From: Candidatus Omnitrophota bacterium
GTDB taxonomy: Bacteria > Ratteibacteria > UBA8468 > MWAK01
Length of the DNA stretch: 64,000 nt
Direction: 5' to 3'
NCBI GenBank assembly: GCA_043826355.1
Contig: JBDRQI010000003.1
Span: forward strand, 1-64,000
Part shown: positions 1 through 8,475 of the stretch, piece by piece
Numbering within the stretch: the stretch's first letter is position 1
How the letters are laid out: each line of letters starts with the position of its first letter
Notes under the pieces: generated by a model
Database searches by the model: none
What the model was told of the DNA's origin: nothing
What the model saw: the letters and a program-made list of their open reading frames with translations, nothing else
Position numbers and translations under genes: made by a program

Positions 1-385
1 GAGAAATGAAACGAAAAACAGGCAAAAATTCTTCTGTCCTGAATTTTTTAAAAAAATACTCAATTTGCCTCCCGGTGAAACGCTAATGCTTTTGTATTTT
101 ATTGGCCACATAAATAACCGGCGGGTTACCGTCTGCCGCCGTCAAGTTTCAAATAAGGGGGAGTTACTGTAATTTGCATTACCGTATTGCGATTAAATTA
201 AAACACACCCTCGTTTTTCTGTCAAATTACGTTTTAGTGTCCGGAACAAATTTCTACCTGCAGTTTAACCTGGTTCAACCTGGATGCCGGCAGAAGCGGG
301 GTTACGCCCGGAAAACTCAAGAATAAAGAGAATTTTCGAAAGCTGTTCCTGGCGTCGGTTTTTAGTTTGCCGAAAAAATTTGACT

Positions 386-414
386 TTGACAAAGCCAAAT
401 TTTGATGATATAAA
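386..414 (+). promoter_or_regulatory. sigma70-type promoter upstream of phasin-like gene
   Basis: TTGACA (386-391), 17-nt spacer, TG-n-TATAAA (409-414); AAGGAGGTG SD at 422-430. Confidence 0.6.
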
Positions 415-434
415 TATAATGAAGGAGGTGACAC

Positions 435-737
435 ATGGCGGAAAAAAAGATTGTGGACCGGATGCTGGAGCTTGGTTTGGGAATTGTTGCCTACGGCGAG
501 GAAAAAGTAGCGGATTTCCTGAAGGAGGTAACCGCCAAAGGAGAGATAAAACGCGGTGATGTTGAAAAGATGAAAAAGGAATTCAAGAAGAAGGGCGAAC
601 TTTTTCGTAAGGAATTTACCCGGAGAGTCAACAAAGAAGTTGAGGGCGTGCTTAAAAAGATGAACCTGACAACCGCCAAAGAAGTTGCCGCGTTAAAAAA
701 GCGGATTGATAACCTGGAATCCAGAATAAAAGAATAA
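435..737 (+). CDS. phasin-like coiled-coil protein (PhaF/PhaI-like)
   Basis: LGLG...EKV...KGEI N-terminus, 'MNLTTAKEVAALKKRIDNLE' C-terminus; strong SD; directly upstream of an ABC1/UbiB kinase. Confidence 0.7.
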   Translation: MAEKKIVDRMLELGLGIVAYGEEKVADFLKEVTAKGEIKRGDVEKMKKEFKKKGELFRKEFTRRVNKEVEGVLKKMNLTTAKEVAALKKRIDNLESRIKE

Positions 738-765
738 ATCAGGCACAAAATATGAATTAATTATC

Positions 766-916
766 GACGCTGATTACCGCAGATAAAAAATCTTTACCAC
801 GGAAACACAGAAAACCACGGAAACACAGAAAAAGATTTTAATTTAAGGTGTTTCTTTCCGTGCTTCCGTGGTATTCGTTTTAGCGTTATTCTGCTGTTTC
901 TGCTTATATCTGCGTC
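766..916. repeat. nested inverted tandem-repeat element
   Basis: outer GACGCTGATTACCGCAGATA...TCTGCTTATATCTGCGTC; inner (CCACGGAAACACAGAAA)x2...TTCCGTGCTTCCGTGG; AT-rich core. Confidence 0.8.
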
Positions 917-934
917 CTATTTGTTTTGGCCTCT

Positions 935-2479
935 ATGCTTCCTATTCGCAATATTGGGCGGGTCCGGCAGGTTTTGACGGTGGTAACCAGGAACGGCCTG
1001 GGTTACCTGACCGACCGTCTTCTCTCCGAACCTTTTTTCCGCTTCCTGAAAAGACACACGGTTTCCGCGCTTCCGGAAAATGCCGCCGGTGAAAGATTGG
1101 TTTCAGCCCTGGAGGAATTAGGTCCCACCTATATTAAATTGGGGCAATTTTTAAGTATGAGGCCCGATATCTTTTCCCCGCCGGTTATCAACGCTTTGAA
1201 CCGGTTGCACGAAAGAGTCAAACCGATACCACTGGCCGAAGTTGAAACCGTAATTCAGGAGGAGTTGGGCAATCCGCCGAAAAAAATCTTCCGGGAATTT
1301 TCCGCTGCTCCCCTAGCGGCTGCTTCCCTGGCCCAGGTGCATTCCGCCATTTTATCAACCGGTGAAGAGGTTGCGGTAAAGGTCCAGCGGCCGGGAATCA
1401 AGCAAATTATCCGGGCGGACCTCGCTATCCTGGCGGAGATCGCTTACCTGGTCAATCAACGCATACCGGAAGTCCGAATATTCAATCCGGAAGATTTGGT
1501 AACCGAGTTTGAACACCAGTTGACGCGGGAATTAGATTTTCAGTTGGAGGCGATGCGGATTGAAAGGTTCCGTTCCCATTTTAAGGATGACCCGGACTTG
1601 TATATTCCGGAAGTTTTCTGGGACTACACGACGGAAAAAGTGCTGGTTATGGAACGGGTCAAGGGGCCGAATCCTTACCCGGAACAGGTTAAGGCGAGCG
1701 GTATTTTACCGCAGGAAACCGCGGCCCGTATTTTCCGGATATTTCTTGAAGAAGTTTTTGAGTTCGGTTTTTTTCACGCCGACCCGCATCCGGGCAATAT
1801 CTGCCTTTGCAAAGACCGGGTCTGCCTGGTTGATTTCGGTATCGTCGGTACCCTGACCGAATCGGACCGCGAAGTAATTCTGGATATCGTTTTGAGCCTG
1901 GTGGAGGAGGACCTGGATTCGCTGATTGCGTCTTTTTACCGTTTTCGCTTGATTTCACCGGAAATAAATGAACGTCTTTTCCGTAGAGAAATGGCTGACC
2001 TTTTTGAACGGTACCGCGGTTTGCCTGCCCGTCGAATACGTCTGGGCCAATTTCTGGTGAATAGTATCCGTATCGGCCGGCGGTTCAATATCTCTTTTCC
2101 GACCGACCTGGCTTTGCTTGGCAAAACACTGATAATGGTGGAGAGTCTTTGCGCCTCGCTGGACCCTGATTTTGAACCCTTGTCCGCGGCCCAGCCGGTC
2201 ATTAAAGCAATCCGGGAGCAGAAGATTAATCCCGCTTACTTCATACCCAGGTTTTGGCGAAAATCCAGAAACACCGTCCAAGCCATTTCGGAATTGCCTG
2301 ATATTTTCTTCTCCATTTTGCGGAAGGTGGAAAGCGGTAATTTCAAAATTCAGTTTATCCACCGGGAACTGGAGGGAGTAACGCGGGAACTGGAGCATTC
2401 AATCAACCGATTGGCCTGGGCTATTTTGCTCTCGGCGGTAATTATCGCGGCAACCCTGCTCCTGGTCCGTCTTGGATGA
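935..2479 (+). CDS. ubiB: AarF/ABC1/UbiB family kinase
   Basis: LGPTYIKLGQ, AAASLAQVH, VAVKVQRP, FFHADPHPGN and DFG motifs; ATG at 935 preferred over TTG 926. Confidence 0.9.
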   Translation: MLPIRNIGRVRQVLTVVTRNGLGYLTDRLLSEPFFRFLKRHTVSALPENAAGERLVSALEELGPTYIKLGQFLSMRPDIFSPPVINALNRLHERVKPIPLAEVETVIQEELGNPPKKIFREFSAAPLAAASLAQVHSAILSTGEEVAVKVQRPGIKQIIRADLAILAEIAYLVNQRIPEVRIFNPEDLVTEFEHQLTRELDFQLEAMRIERFRSHFKDDPDLYIPEVFWDYTTEKVLVMERVKGPNPYPEQVKASGILPQETAARIFRIFLEEVFEFGFFHADPHPGNICLCKDRVCLVDFGIVGTLTESDREVILDIVLSLVEEDLDSLIASFYRFRLISPEINERLFRREMADLFERYRGLPARRIRLGQFLVNSIRIGRRFNISFPTDLALLGKTLIMVESLCASLDPDFEPLSAAQPVIKAIREQKINPAYFIPRFWRKSRNTVQAISELPDIFFSILRKVESGNFKIQFIHRELEGVTRELEHSINRLAWAILLSAVIIAATLLLVRLG

Positions 2480-2483
2480 AAGT

Positions 2484-2522
2484 TGTCATTGCGAGACGCA
2501 CAATTTACGCCGTGGCAATCTC
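2484..2522. repeat. TGTCATTGCGAG...GTGGCAATCTC palindromic repeat (half element)
   Basis: starts 5 nt after ubiB stop; related degenerate copy at 30611-30698. Confidence 0.65.
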
Positions 2523-2532
2523 ATCCTAAAAT

Positions 2533-2556
2533 GTAATGTGACCCTTTCAGGGTCGC
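2533..2556 (+). repeat. REP-like repeat, GTAGTGCGACCCTTTCAGGGTCGC family
   Basis: near-identical copies at 13698, 15181, 16749 and (reverse) 19049. Confidence 0.8.
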
Positions 2557-2563
2557 CAATTAT

Positions 2564-3865
2564 TCACACCTTTTCCCACCGCAGTAATTCGGTAATCTGC
2601 GCCAGAGTTCCACCCTTGCGAATTTCTGCCCTTAAACGGTTTTCTTTCTCCAGGACATCCATCGCCCGGTTGGCAAACTCAATCGCTTCTTCTTTTGGAA
2701 CGATCACGACCCCATCTTCGTCGCCTATCACCCAATCGCCCGGAAACACCCTGCATCCGCCCACGTAAACGGGAACGCCGATTTCGCCGAAACCCTTAGG
2801 TTCTCCGGCCTGGGGGCAAATCTGGCGGCTGTACGCCGGAAACTTTAATTTTCTGATTTCCGAAACATCACGAATGGCTCCGTCAATGACTACTCCGGCC
2901 AATTTCCGGACAACCGAACTGTTGGTCGCCAGGTCGCCCCAGACAGCCGGCGGGACTCCGCCGGCATTGATGACAATTACCTGTCCTGTTTGAGCCCGGT
3001 CTATCGCTTCCACCGGTTTAGCCCAGTCACCCGGACAGGTGCGTACCGTAAAGGCCTCGCCCACCATCTTCATTCCCGGCCATTGAGTCACCGGAATGAT
3101 GCCGGAAAGGCCGAAGGCACGGTGCATCGCGTCGGATATGTTGGCGGTGGAAACGTTTTTTAAAATTTTAAATATTTCCGCCGTAGTTCCCGCCCGGCGG
3201 TAAAGGGTGGTCGGAATGCTTTTTTGTTCCGCCATCGCTTTTTTAATCAAACGAGTGGCCGTAGCCGCATCAGGACTTTTAATGATGGCGCCGCCCACAA
3301 TCACGATGGTGGCGCCGGCTTTCAGAGCCAGCGGAGCGGTTTCCGAATTTATGCCGCCGGAAGCCACAACCGGCACACTGGTTGCTCCGGTCAATTTTTT
3401 GATGATTTCAAATGAAACTTTCCCCTGCATCTGCTGGTCAATGCCGAGGTGGATATTAAAAAAATCAACGCCGGTTTCAGCCAGTTGCCGCGCCCGCGTT
3501 TCTACGTCCGCTATACCGAGAAAATCGACCATAATCCGGCAACCGTAATTCCGGCCGGCCAGGACACTATCTACAATGGTCTCAATCGGAGCGGCCGCCA
3601 TTACCGAAACGATATCCGCGCCGGACTTGGCTGCCATCTCCACTTCAGCTCGACCGGCATCAAATGTCTTCAAATCCGCCACAATCGTTTTTTTCGGGAA
3701 GAGTTTCTTCAGGGTTCTAACCGCATTGAGACCTTCGCTCTTGATTAACGGCGTACCGACCTCCAGCCAGTCGGCTCCGCCTTCAACCGCTTCCCGGGCA
3801 ACCTTGACGGCACGTTTTAAATCAACGAAATCCAGCGCCACCTGTAAAATCTTTTCTGTTTTCAT
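2564..3865 (-). CDS. bifunctional 3-hexulose-6-phosphate synthase (OMPDC fold) / RraA-like domain protein
   Basis: LQVALD, EVGTPLIKSEG, VADLKTFDAG in N-half; STANISDAM, WGDLA, VIDGAIRDV, PGDWVIGDEDGV in C-half; start at ATG 3865. Confidence 0.88.
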   Translation of the reverse strand: MKTEKILQVALDFVDLKRAVKVAREAVEGGADWLEVGTPLIKSEGLNAVRTLKKLFPKKTIVADLKTFDAGRAEVEMAAKSGADIVSVMAAAPIETIVDSVLAGRNYGCRIMVDFLGIADVETRARQLAETGVDFFNIHLGIDQQMQGKVSFEIIKKLTGATSVPVVASGGINSETAPLALKAGATIVIVGGAIIKSPDAATATRLIKKAMAEQKSIPTTLYRRAGTTAEIFKILKNVSTANISDAMHRAFGLSGIIPVTQWPGMKMVGEAFTVRTCPGDWAKPVEAIDRAQTGQVIVINAGGVPPAVWGDLATNSSVVRKLAGVVIDGAIRDVSEIRKLKFPAYSRQICPQAGEPKGFGEIGVPVYVGGCRVFPGDWVIGDEDGVVIVPKEEAIEFANRAMDVLEKENRLRAEIRKGGTLAQITELLRWEKV

Positions 3866-3906
3866 TTGTTTCGCTCTCAGGCGGGGGGGTGTATCCCTCC
3901 CGAAAA

Positions 3907-4815
3907 TTACAGCCATTTCCGAAAGAAGGCGATGACTTCCTGCCGCATGGCAGCGGTCTCTTTATGTCCGACGTTATAGCGGATAAGGCTCCAGGCATTT
4001 GACGCTTTCTGGTCAGCGTAAATTTTTTTAAGACCGGCGTCAATTTTATCCAAACCTTCCGGCGGTGTCAACAAATCAAGATTTCCGGCTAATCCAAGGT
4101 GGGGCCGTGGCGCAATAAGACTGTTTATGGCAACGGTATCAAATTCTTTCAAAAGGTTCGGCACATAATAATAAATTCCATGCTGGTCAAGGGTTCGGTT
4201 GTTGACCATGGTTTGAAAATCACTCAGGCAGCAAATATCAACGCAGACTTTTATCCGGACATCCAGGGCGGCTATCCACCAGGCCATAGTACTCCCCATT
4301 GACATGCCAACCGTTCCCAACCGTTTTTTATCCACTTCCGGCCGGGAGATGAGGTAATCGACCGCCCGGATACTATCGTACACCATCATCCCCCACAAAA
4401 CCCGGCCTTTCCAGAGCATTTCCTTAAAAAGTTCCAACTCGGTGCGTCCGGAACGTTCTCCAAAATTCCAGGCGTCAATAGTCAGCACCGCATAGCCTTC
4501 TTTTGTCAGCGTTTCGGCGTACGGCGGTTTCTGCTGGGAGGGCGCACCGTTAATAAGCTCATCTTTACCGTCTCCGTACCTGCCGCCGTGCGCATGGTTA
4601 TACAGAATAGCCGGGATATTTTTCCGGGCGTTTTTCGGCAAAAGAAAGTAGGCGGGTACTTCCTCTAAACCATTGAGGTCCAGCATCAATTTTTCCAGCC
4701 AAAAACCATTTTTTTGCTCGCGGCTGACCAGGCGGCTTGAAATCGGCCTTTTCCGGACCGGCAGGTCGCCTAATAAGTTATAAAGTTTTTCCTTTTGTCC
4801 GTCTTCATTCTTCAT
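3907..4815 (-). CDS. alpha/beta hydrolase (dienelactone hydrolase / acetyl xylan esterase-like)
   Basis: HAHGG, GMSMG nucleophile elbow, LIAPRP, C-terminal GH. Confidence 0.85.
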   Translation of the reverse strand: MKNEDGQKEKLYNLLGDLPVRKRPISSRLVSREQKNGFWLEKLMLDLNGLEEVPAYFLLPKNARKNIPAILYNHAHGGRYGDGKDELINGAPSQQKPPYAETLTKEGYAVLTIDAWNFGERSGRTELELFKEMLWKGRVLWGMMVYDSIRAVDYLISRPEVDKKRLGTVGMSMGSTMAWWIAALDVRIKVCVDICCLSDFQTMVNNRTLDQHGIYYYVPNLLKEFDTVAINSLIAPRPHLGLAGNLDLLTPPEGLDKIDAGLKKIYADQKASNAWSLIRYNVGHKETAAMRQEVIAFFRKWL

Positions 4816-4821
4816 GTTAAT

Positions 4822-4850
4822 AGTTTACCCTTTCTGTATTAAGGCGTCAA
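4822..4850 (-). promoter_or_regulatory. sigma70 promoter predicting a leaderless mRNA
   Basis: minus strand TTGACG-17nt-TAAACT-6nt-ATG(4815); no SD. Confidence 0.55.
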
Positions 4851-5103
4851 TTGAAAAATGCGCGCGCGTCGCGCGTACTGCTGATGAATAATTGACGGGA
4901 TAAGGTTAAAGCAATTTAAAATAATAAATTAACAGCGCAAAAAAATCGCAGTTTTTGTCAAATTTGACAGAGTCTGTAATTCCAGAGCCAATTTGACCGA
5001 ACAACACTTTTTATTATACTATTTAAAGAAATTAAACTGTCATTGCTTTTGAATTCGATGACCCGATGACCCGGAACTCTATCCATGATGTCAGGAGAGG
5101 GAT

Positions 5104-5403
5104 ATGTCTAATAACGAGTACCCTTACGACAAATTTTGCAAGGAAGAACTGATTTTAAGGGATTTTTTAGCTACCGACCGAACCGTACTTGCCAACGAAA
5201 GAACGTTTTTGGCTTATATCCGGACCGCCTTATCCGTTTTTGCGGTAGGCGCTTCCTTTCTTCAGTTTTTCCGTTCGTTCTTTATGGAAATTATCGGCTG
5301 GATATTTATCCCCCTGGGAATAATTATTTTTATAGTTGGATGGGTGAAATACGAGAAAATGAAAAGACAAATCAATAAAATAAAAACAGTTCAAATTAAA
5401 TAA
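5104..5403 (+). CDS. DUF202 (YidH-like) small membrane protein
   Basis: RDFLATDRTVLANERTFLAYIRT plus two TM segments. Confidence 0.9.
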   Translation: MSNNEYPYDKFCKEELILRDFLATDRTVLANERTFLAYIRTALSVFAVGASFLQFFRSFFMEIIGWIFIPLGIIIFIVGWVKYEKMKRQINKIKTVQIK

Positions 5404-5745
5404 TATCTGTACGTTCTTTTTTATAATCTCTGAGGTAAACGCCAAGGATACGAACTGAAGTGGAGATTTTCTACGCGCCCGTAAACCACTTGCCCCACGA
5501 CAGTTTCCTTTTTTACGCCAATTTTACCCCTGGCCTGGACAGACGACTCCGCGAAAAATATGCCCTGGCATCTGACGCCAGCCTCCGGAAAGGGTACCCG
5601 TGCACTACGATAATACGACTATTTTTACGGTATTCAAACTGTGCGATTTTACCGTCAGCCGCGCCGGTTACGTTCTGTTTAAACTTGAAATCAGGCGATT
5701 GTCAAAGCAGTTATGCCGCCAAATGGTTGATTAGGAGGAATTGAT

Positions 5746-6867
5746 ATGACCGTCAAGCCCTGCAGAAACAAATGGAAAGGAACGATGACCGACCGGCAAC
5801 GGTTCAATAACCAGATGCACTACCGGAGCGTTGACCGATGTTTCAATATGGAGTTCGGTTACTGGGATGAAAATTTTACCCTTTGGCCGTTGTTTGCGGA
5901 AAACCACGTTACCAACAATGAAGAAGCGGACCTTTTTTTTAATTTTGACAAAATTATCTCTATCTCCGGCACTGCATGGCTCTTCCCGCAATTTGTCGAA
6001 AAAGTTGTCCAGGAGACATCCGACACCCTCATCATGATGAATAGTGACGGCCTGCTCGCGGAAATCCCCAAAAACCGGCACGGCACCATCCCCCATTACA
6101 TCAAAGCTTCAATCGTCACTCCGGATGACTGGAAAAGATGCAAGGAGGAACGCTTGGTCCGAGACAATCCGGCCCGGCGGGTAGACGTTGAGCTCCTTAA
6201 AAAACAATATCCCGTTGGCCGCGATTTCCCCCTGGGTGTTGACTGCGGCTCAATGATCGGCAAAATCCGTGATATGCTGACTTTTGAAGGCCTGGCCTAC
6301 GCCACGCATGATTATCCTCAGATGGTTGAAGATATGGTGGAAACGGCCTGTGTCCTGGTTGAAGATTTTCTGGATCAAGTCCTGGGCAAGATCGATTTTG
6401 ATTTTGCCTCCGGCTGGGAAGATATCTGTTTTAAAAGCGGCCCGATCGTTTCGGTGGATTTTTTCAAAAACATTGTTGTGCCTCGTTATAAACGCATCAG
6501 CCGCAAACTGCATTCGGTTGGAATCGATATCTGGTACACTGATTGCGACGGAGACGTGCGTCCGATTATGCCTTATTTGCTGGAAGGAGGCATCAATTGT
6601 CTCTTCCCGTTTGAAGTCAACGGCTGCGCCCACCCGCGGGAACTGCTGGACCAATACGGCCAAGAGCTGCGGATAATGGGCGGAGTGAACAAGATTGAAT
6701 TGGCCAGGGGCCCGAAAGCGATCAAAGCATATCTGGAAACCCTGGTGCCGCTGGTCAAACGCGGCGGATATATTCCCTTCTGCGACCACCGCTGTCCGCC
6801 GAACGTCAAACCGGAGGATTATCTCTATTACCTTGGCTTGAAAGAAAAAATGTTCGGGATGGCGTGA
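5746..6867 (+). CDS. uroporphyrinogen decarboxylase (URO-D/MtbA) family protein
   Basis: WEDICFKSGP, DCDGD, GGYIPFCDH; AGGAGG SD. Confidence 0.85.
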   Translation: MTVKPCRNKWKGTMTDRQRFNNQMHYRSVDRCFNMEFGYWDENFTLWPLFAENHVTNNEEADLFFNFDKIISISGTAWLFPQFVEKVVQETSDTLIMMNSDGLLAEIPKNRHGTIPHYIKASIVTPDDWKRCKEERLVRDNPARRVDVELLKKQYPVGRDFPLGVDCGSMIGKIRDMLTFEGLAYATHDYPQMVEDMVETACVLVEDFLDQVLGKIDFDFASGWEDICFKSGPIVSVDFFKNIVVPRYKRISRKLHSVGIDIWYTDCDGDVRPIMPYLLEGGINCLFPFEVNGCAHPRELLDQYGQELRIMGGVNKIELARGPKAIKAYLETLVPLVKRGGYIPFCDHRCPPNVKPEDYLYYLGLKEKMFGMA

Positions 6868-6924
6868 ACAAAAATAAAAGAAAATCTTGACAAAGCAAGG
6901 AAAGGGGAGGAAGGGGAATTGTCC

Positions 6925-8001
6925 ATGACATCCAGGACGCTAATACGCGATACATTAGCCAGAAGAAAAACCAGCCGGATTCCCATGACCGATTTGTGCT
7001 ATTGGGCTGAAACGATAAAAAGATGGGAAGGAGAAGGACTTCCTTTCGGAACGGACCTGTACAACCACTTTGGCCTGGACCGGATATTCCTGTACTACCC
7101 GAATGACTCTCCCCGGCTCGAAGCCAGGGTAATTGAGGCGGATGAGAAAACAATCTTAGTAACCGACGAGTGGGGCCGAACGGTCAAGCGATGGAAAAAT
7201 GCAACCGCTACTCCGATAAATCTTGGATATGGCGTCAGAGACATATCTGAAGTACCGGCATATCTGGACCATTACGACAAGCTTGAAAATGAAAGCGCAG
7301 ATGAGAAACAAATCAATGATTACCGGCAAAGCTTAAACCGGGGAGATTTTACCGCCATCAGCCCCATGGAACCCGCCTGGTTTATCGTTGAATATTTACT
7401 CGGTTTTGAAAAAGGTCTTCCGGCATTTTTGACTGACCCGAAAGAAGTATCCCGGGCGATGTGGAAATTGATGAATTACAGTCTTAGACACGTAAAATGG
7501 CTAATTGAAGTTAAAGGAATCCATTTTGACGCTCTCTACTTTTCGGCCGACCTTTGCTACCGCAACGGCATGCTCTTTTCCCCGAAAATATACCGTGAAC
7601 TGATTATGCCAATTCATCAGGAATATAAGCGATTTTGTGCTGAACACAATATGTTCTTTATGCTGCATTGTGACGGCGATGTGCGGGAGTTTATTCCGCT
7701 GGTCATCGAATCTGGTTTCGACGCAATAGAACCTTTAGAAGCAAGGGCTGGAAATGATGTCCGGGAGCTGAAAGCCCTGTACGGCGACCGGATTACTTTT
7801 TTCGGGAATATAAATGCGGATATAATAGCCAACGGCACGAAAGAACAGATTCGGGAAGAGGTTATATCTAAAGTTAACGTAGCCAAACAAGGCGGGGGTT
7901 ACATATATCACATAGACCACTCTGTTCCACCAACGATTAGTCTTGACAATTATTCTTTTTTAATCAAAACGCTCAAAGAAGCAGCAAAGATTGTAAGATA
8001 A
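6925..8001 (+). CDS. uroporphyrinogen decarboxylase (URO-D/MtbA) family protein
   Basis: ADLCYRNG, LHCDGD, FFGNI, GGGYIYHIDH. Confidence 0.85.
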   Translation: MTSRTLIRDTLARRKTSRIPMTDLCYWAETIKRWEGEGLPFGTDLYNHFGLDRIFLYYPNDSPRLEARVIEADEKTILVTDEWGRTVKRWKNATATPINLGYGVRDISEVPAYLDHYDKLENESADEKQINDYRQSLNRGDFTAISPMEPAWFIVEYLLGFEKGLPAFLTDPKEVSRAMWKLMNYSLRHVKWLIEVKGIHFDALYFSADLCYRNGMLFSPKIYRELIMPIHQEYKRFCAEHNMFFMLHCDGDVREFIPLVIESGFDAIEPLEARAGNDVRELKALYGDRITFFGNINADIIANGTKEQIREEVISKVNVAKQGGGYIYHIDHSVPPTISLDNYSFLIKTLKEAAKIVR

Positions 8002-8125
8002 ATACTTGAGTTCGGCACTTTCAAATTAGAATCACCCTGTCTCAACTTTTCAAACAATCTTAAATATGGGCTTCTTATTTTCCGGGTATCCCTTATTGGC
8101 GGGGCAGGGGGGGGGTGACAAACAT

Positions 8126-8154
8126 TTGACACAATAAAGAAAATATAGTAACAT
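8126..8154 (+). promoter_or_regulatory. promoter of stand-alone 5S rRNA
   Basis: TTGACA (8126-8131), 17 nt, TAACAT (8149-8154), ~8 nt before the 5S 5' end. Confidence 0.7.
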
Positions 8155-8162
8155 TATACTTG

Positions 8163-8282
8163 TCCCTGGTGACTATAGCGAAAGGGCCACACCCGTTCCC
8201 ATTCCGAATACGGTCGTTAAGCCTTTCTGCGCCAATGGTACTGCTCTGGATAACGGAGCGGGAGAGTAGGTCGTCACCGGGG
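8163..8282 (+). rRNA. rrf: 5S ribosomal RNA
   Basis: terminal stem CCCTGGTGAC/GTCACCGGGG; CACACCCGTTCCCATTCCGAA; GTTAAGC; ATGGTACTG; GGGAGAGTAGG. Confidence 0.95.
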
Positions 8283-8392
8283 GCATTTTTATATCAATCC
8301 GCCTTTATTCAACATCACATTCCATCGTATTTTTCTTCCCTCTCTGTCGGTTTGCTTGCTGTCTTTTCCCATATTGAGTTATAATAAAAAGA

Positions 8393-8429
8393 TTGGAGTT
8401 TTATAAATAGGTTGGAGTTTTATAAATAG
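8393..8429. repeat. tandem direct repeat TTGGAGTTTTATAAATAG x2
   Basis: two exact 18-nt copies, period 19; degenerate copy near 8373. Confidence 0.8.
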
Positions 8430-8475
8430 AGCGTTTTTTCGGTTTTATTCTTTTCGCAATTACTCGGGAGAAAAG

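Noticed and set aside
1..360. possible riboswitch or ncRNA in the leading non-coding stretch
   Set aside because: Only a short GC hairpin near 119-140; I recognised no known aptamer consensus.
766..916. CRISPR array interpretation of the short tandem repeats
   Set aside because: Units are 7-17 nt, adjacent and mirrored, with no unique spacers and no cas genes.
5460..5744. 94-aa ORF or possible gene remnant before the URO-D gene
   Set aside because: No recognisable motif or RBS in any frame; it needs BLASTX.
8160..8384. 74-aa ORF
   Set aside because: It is a translation of the 5S rRNA gene.
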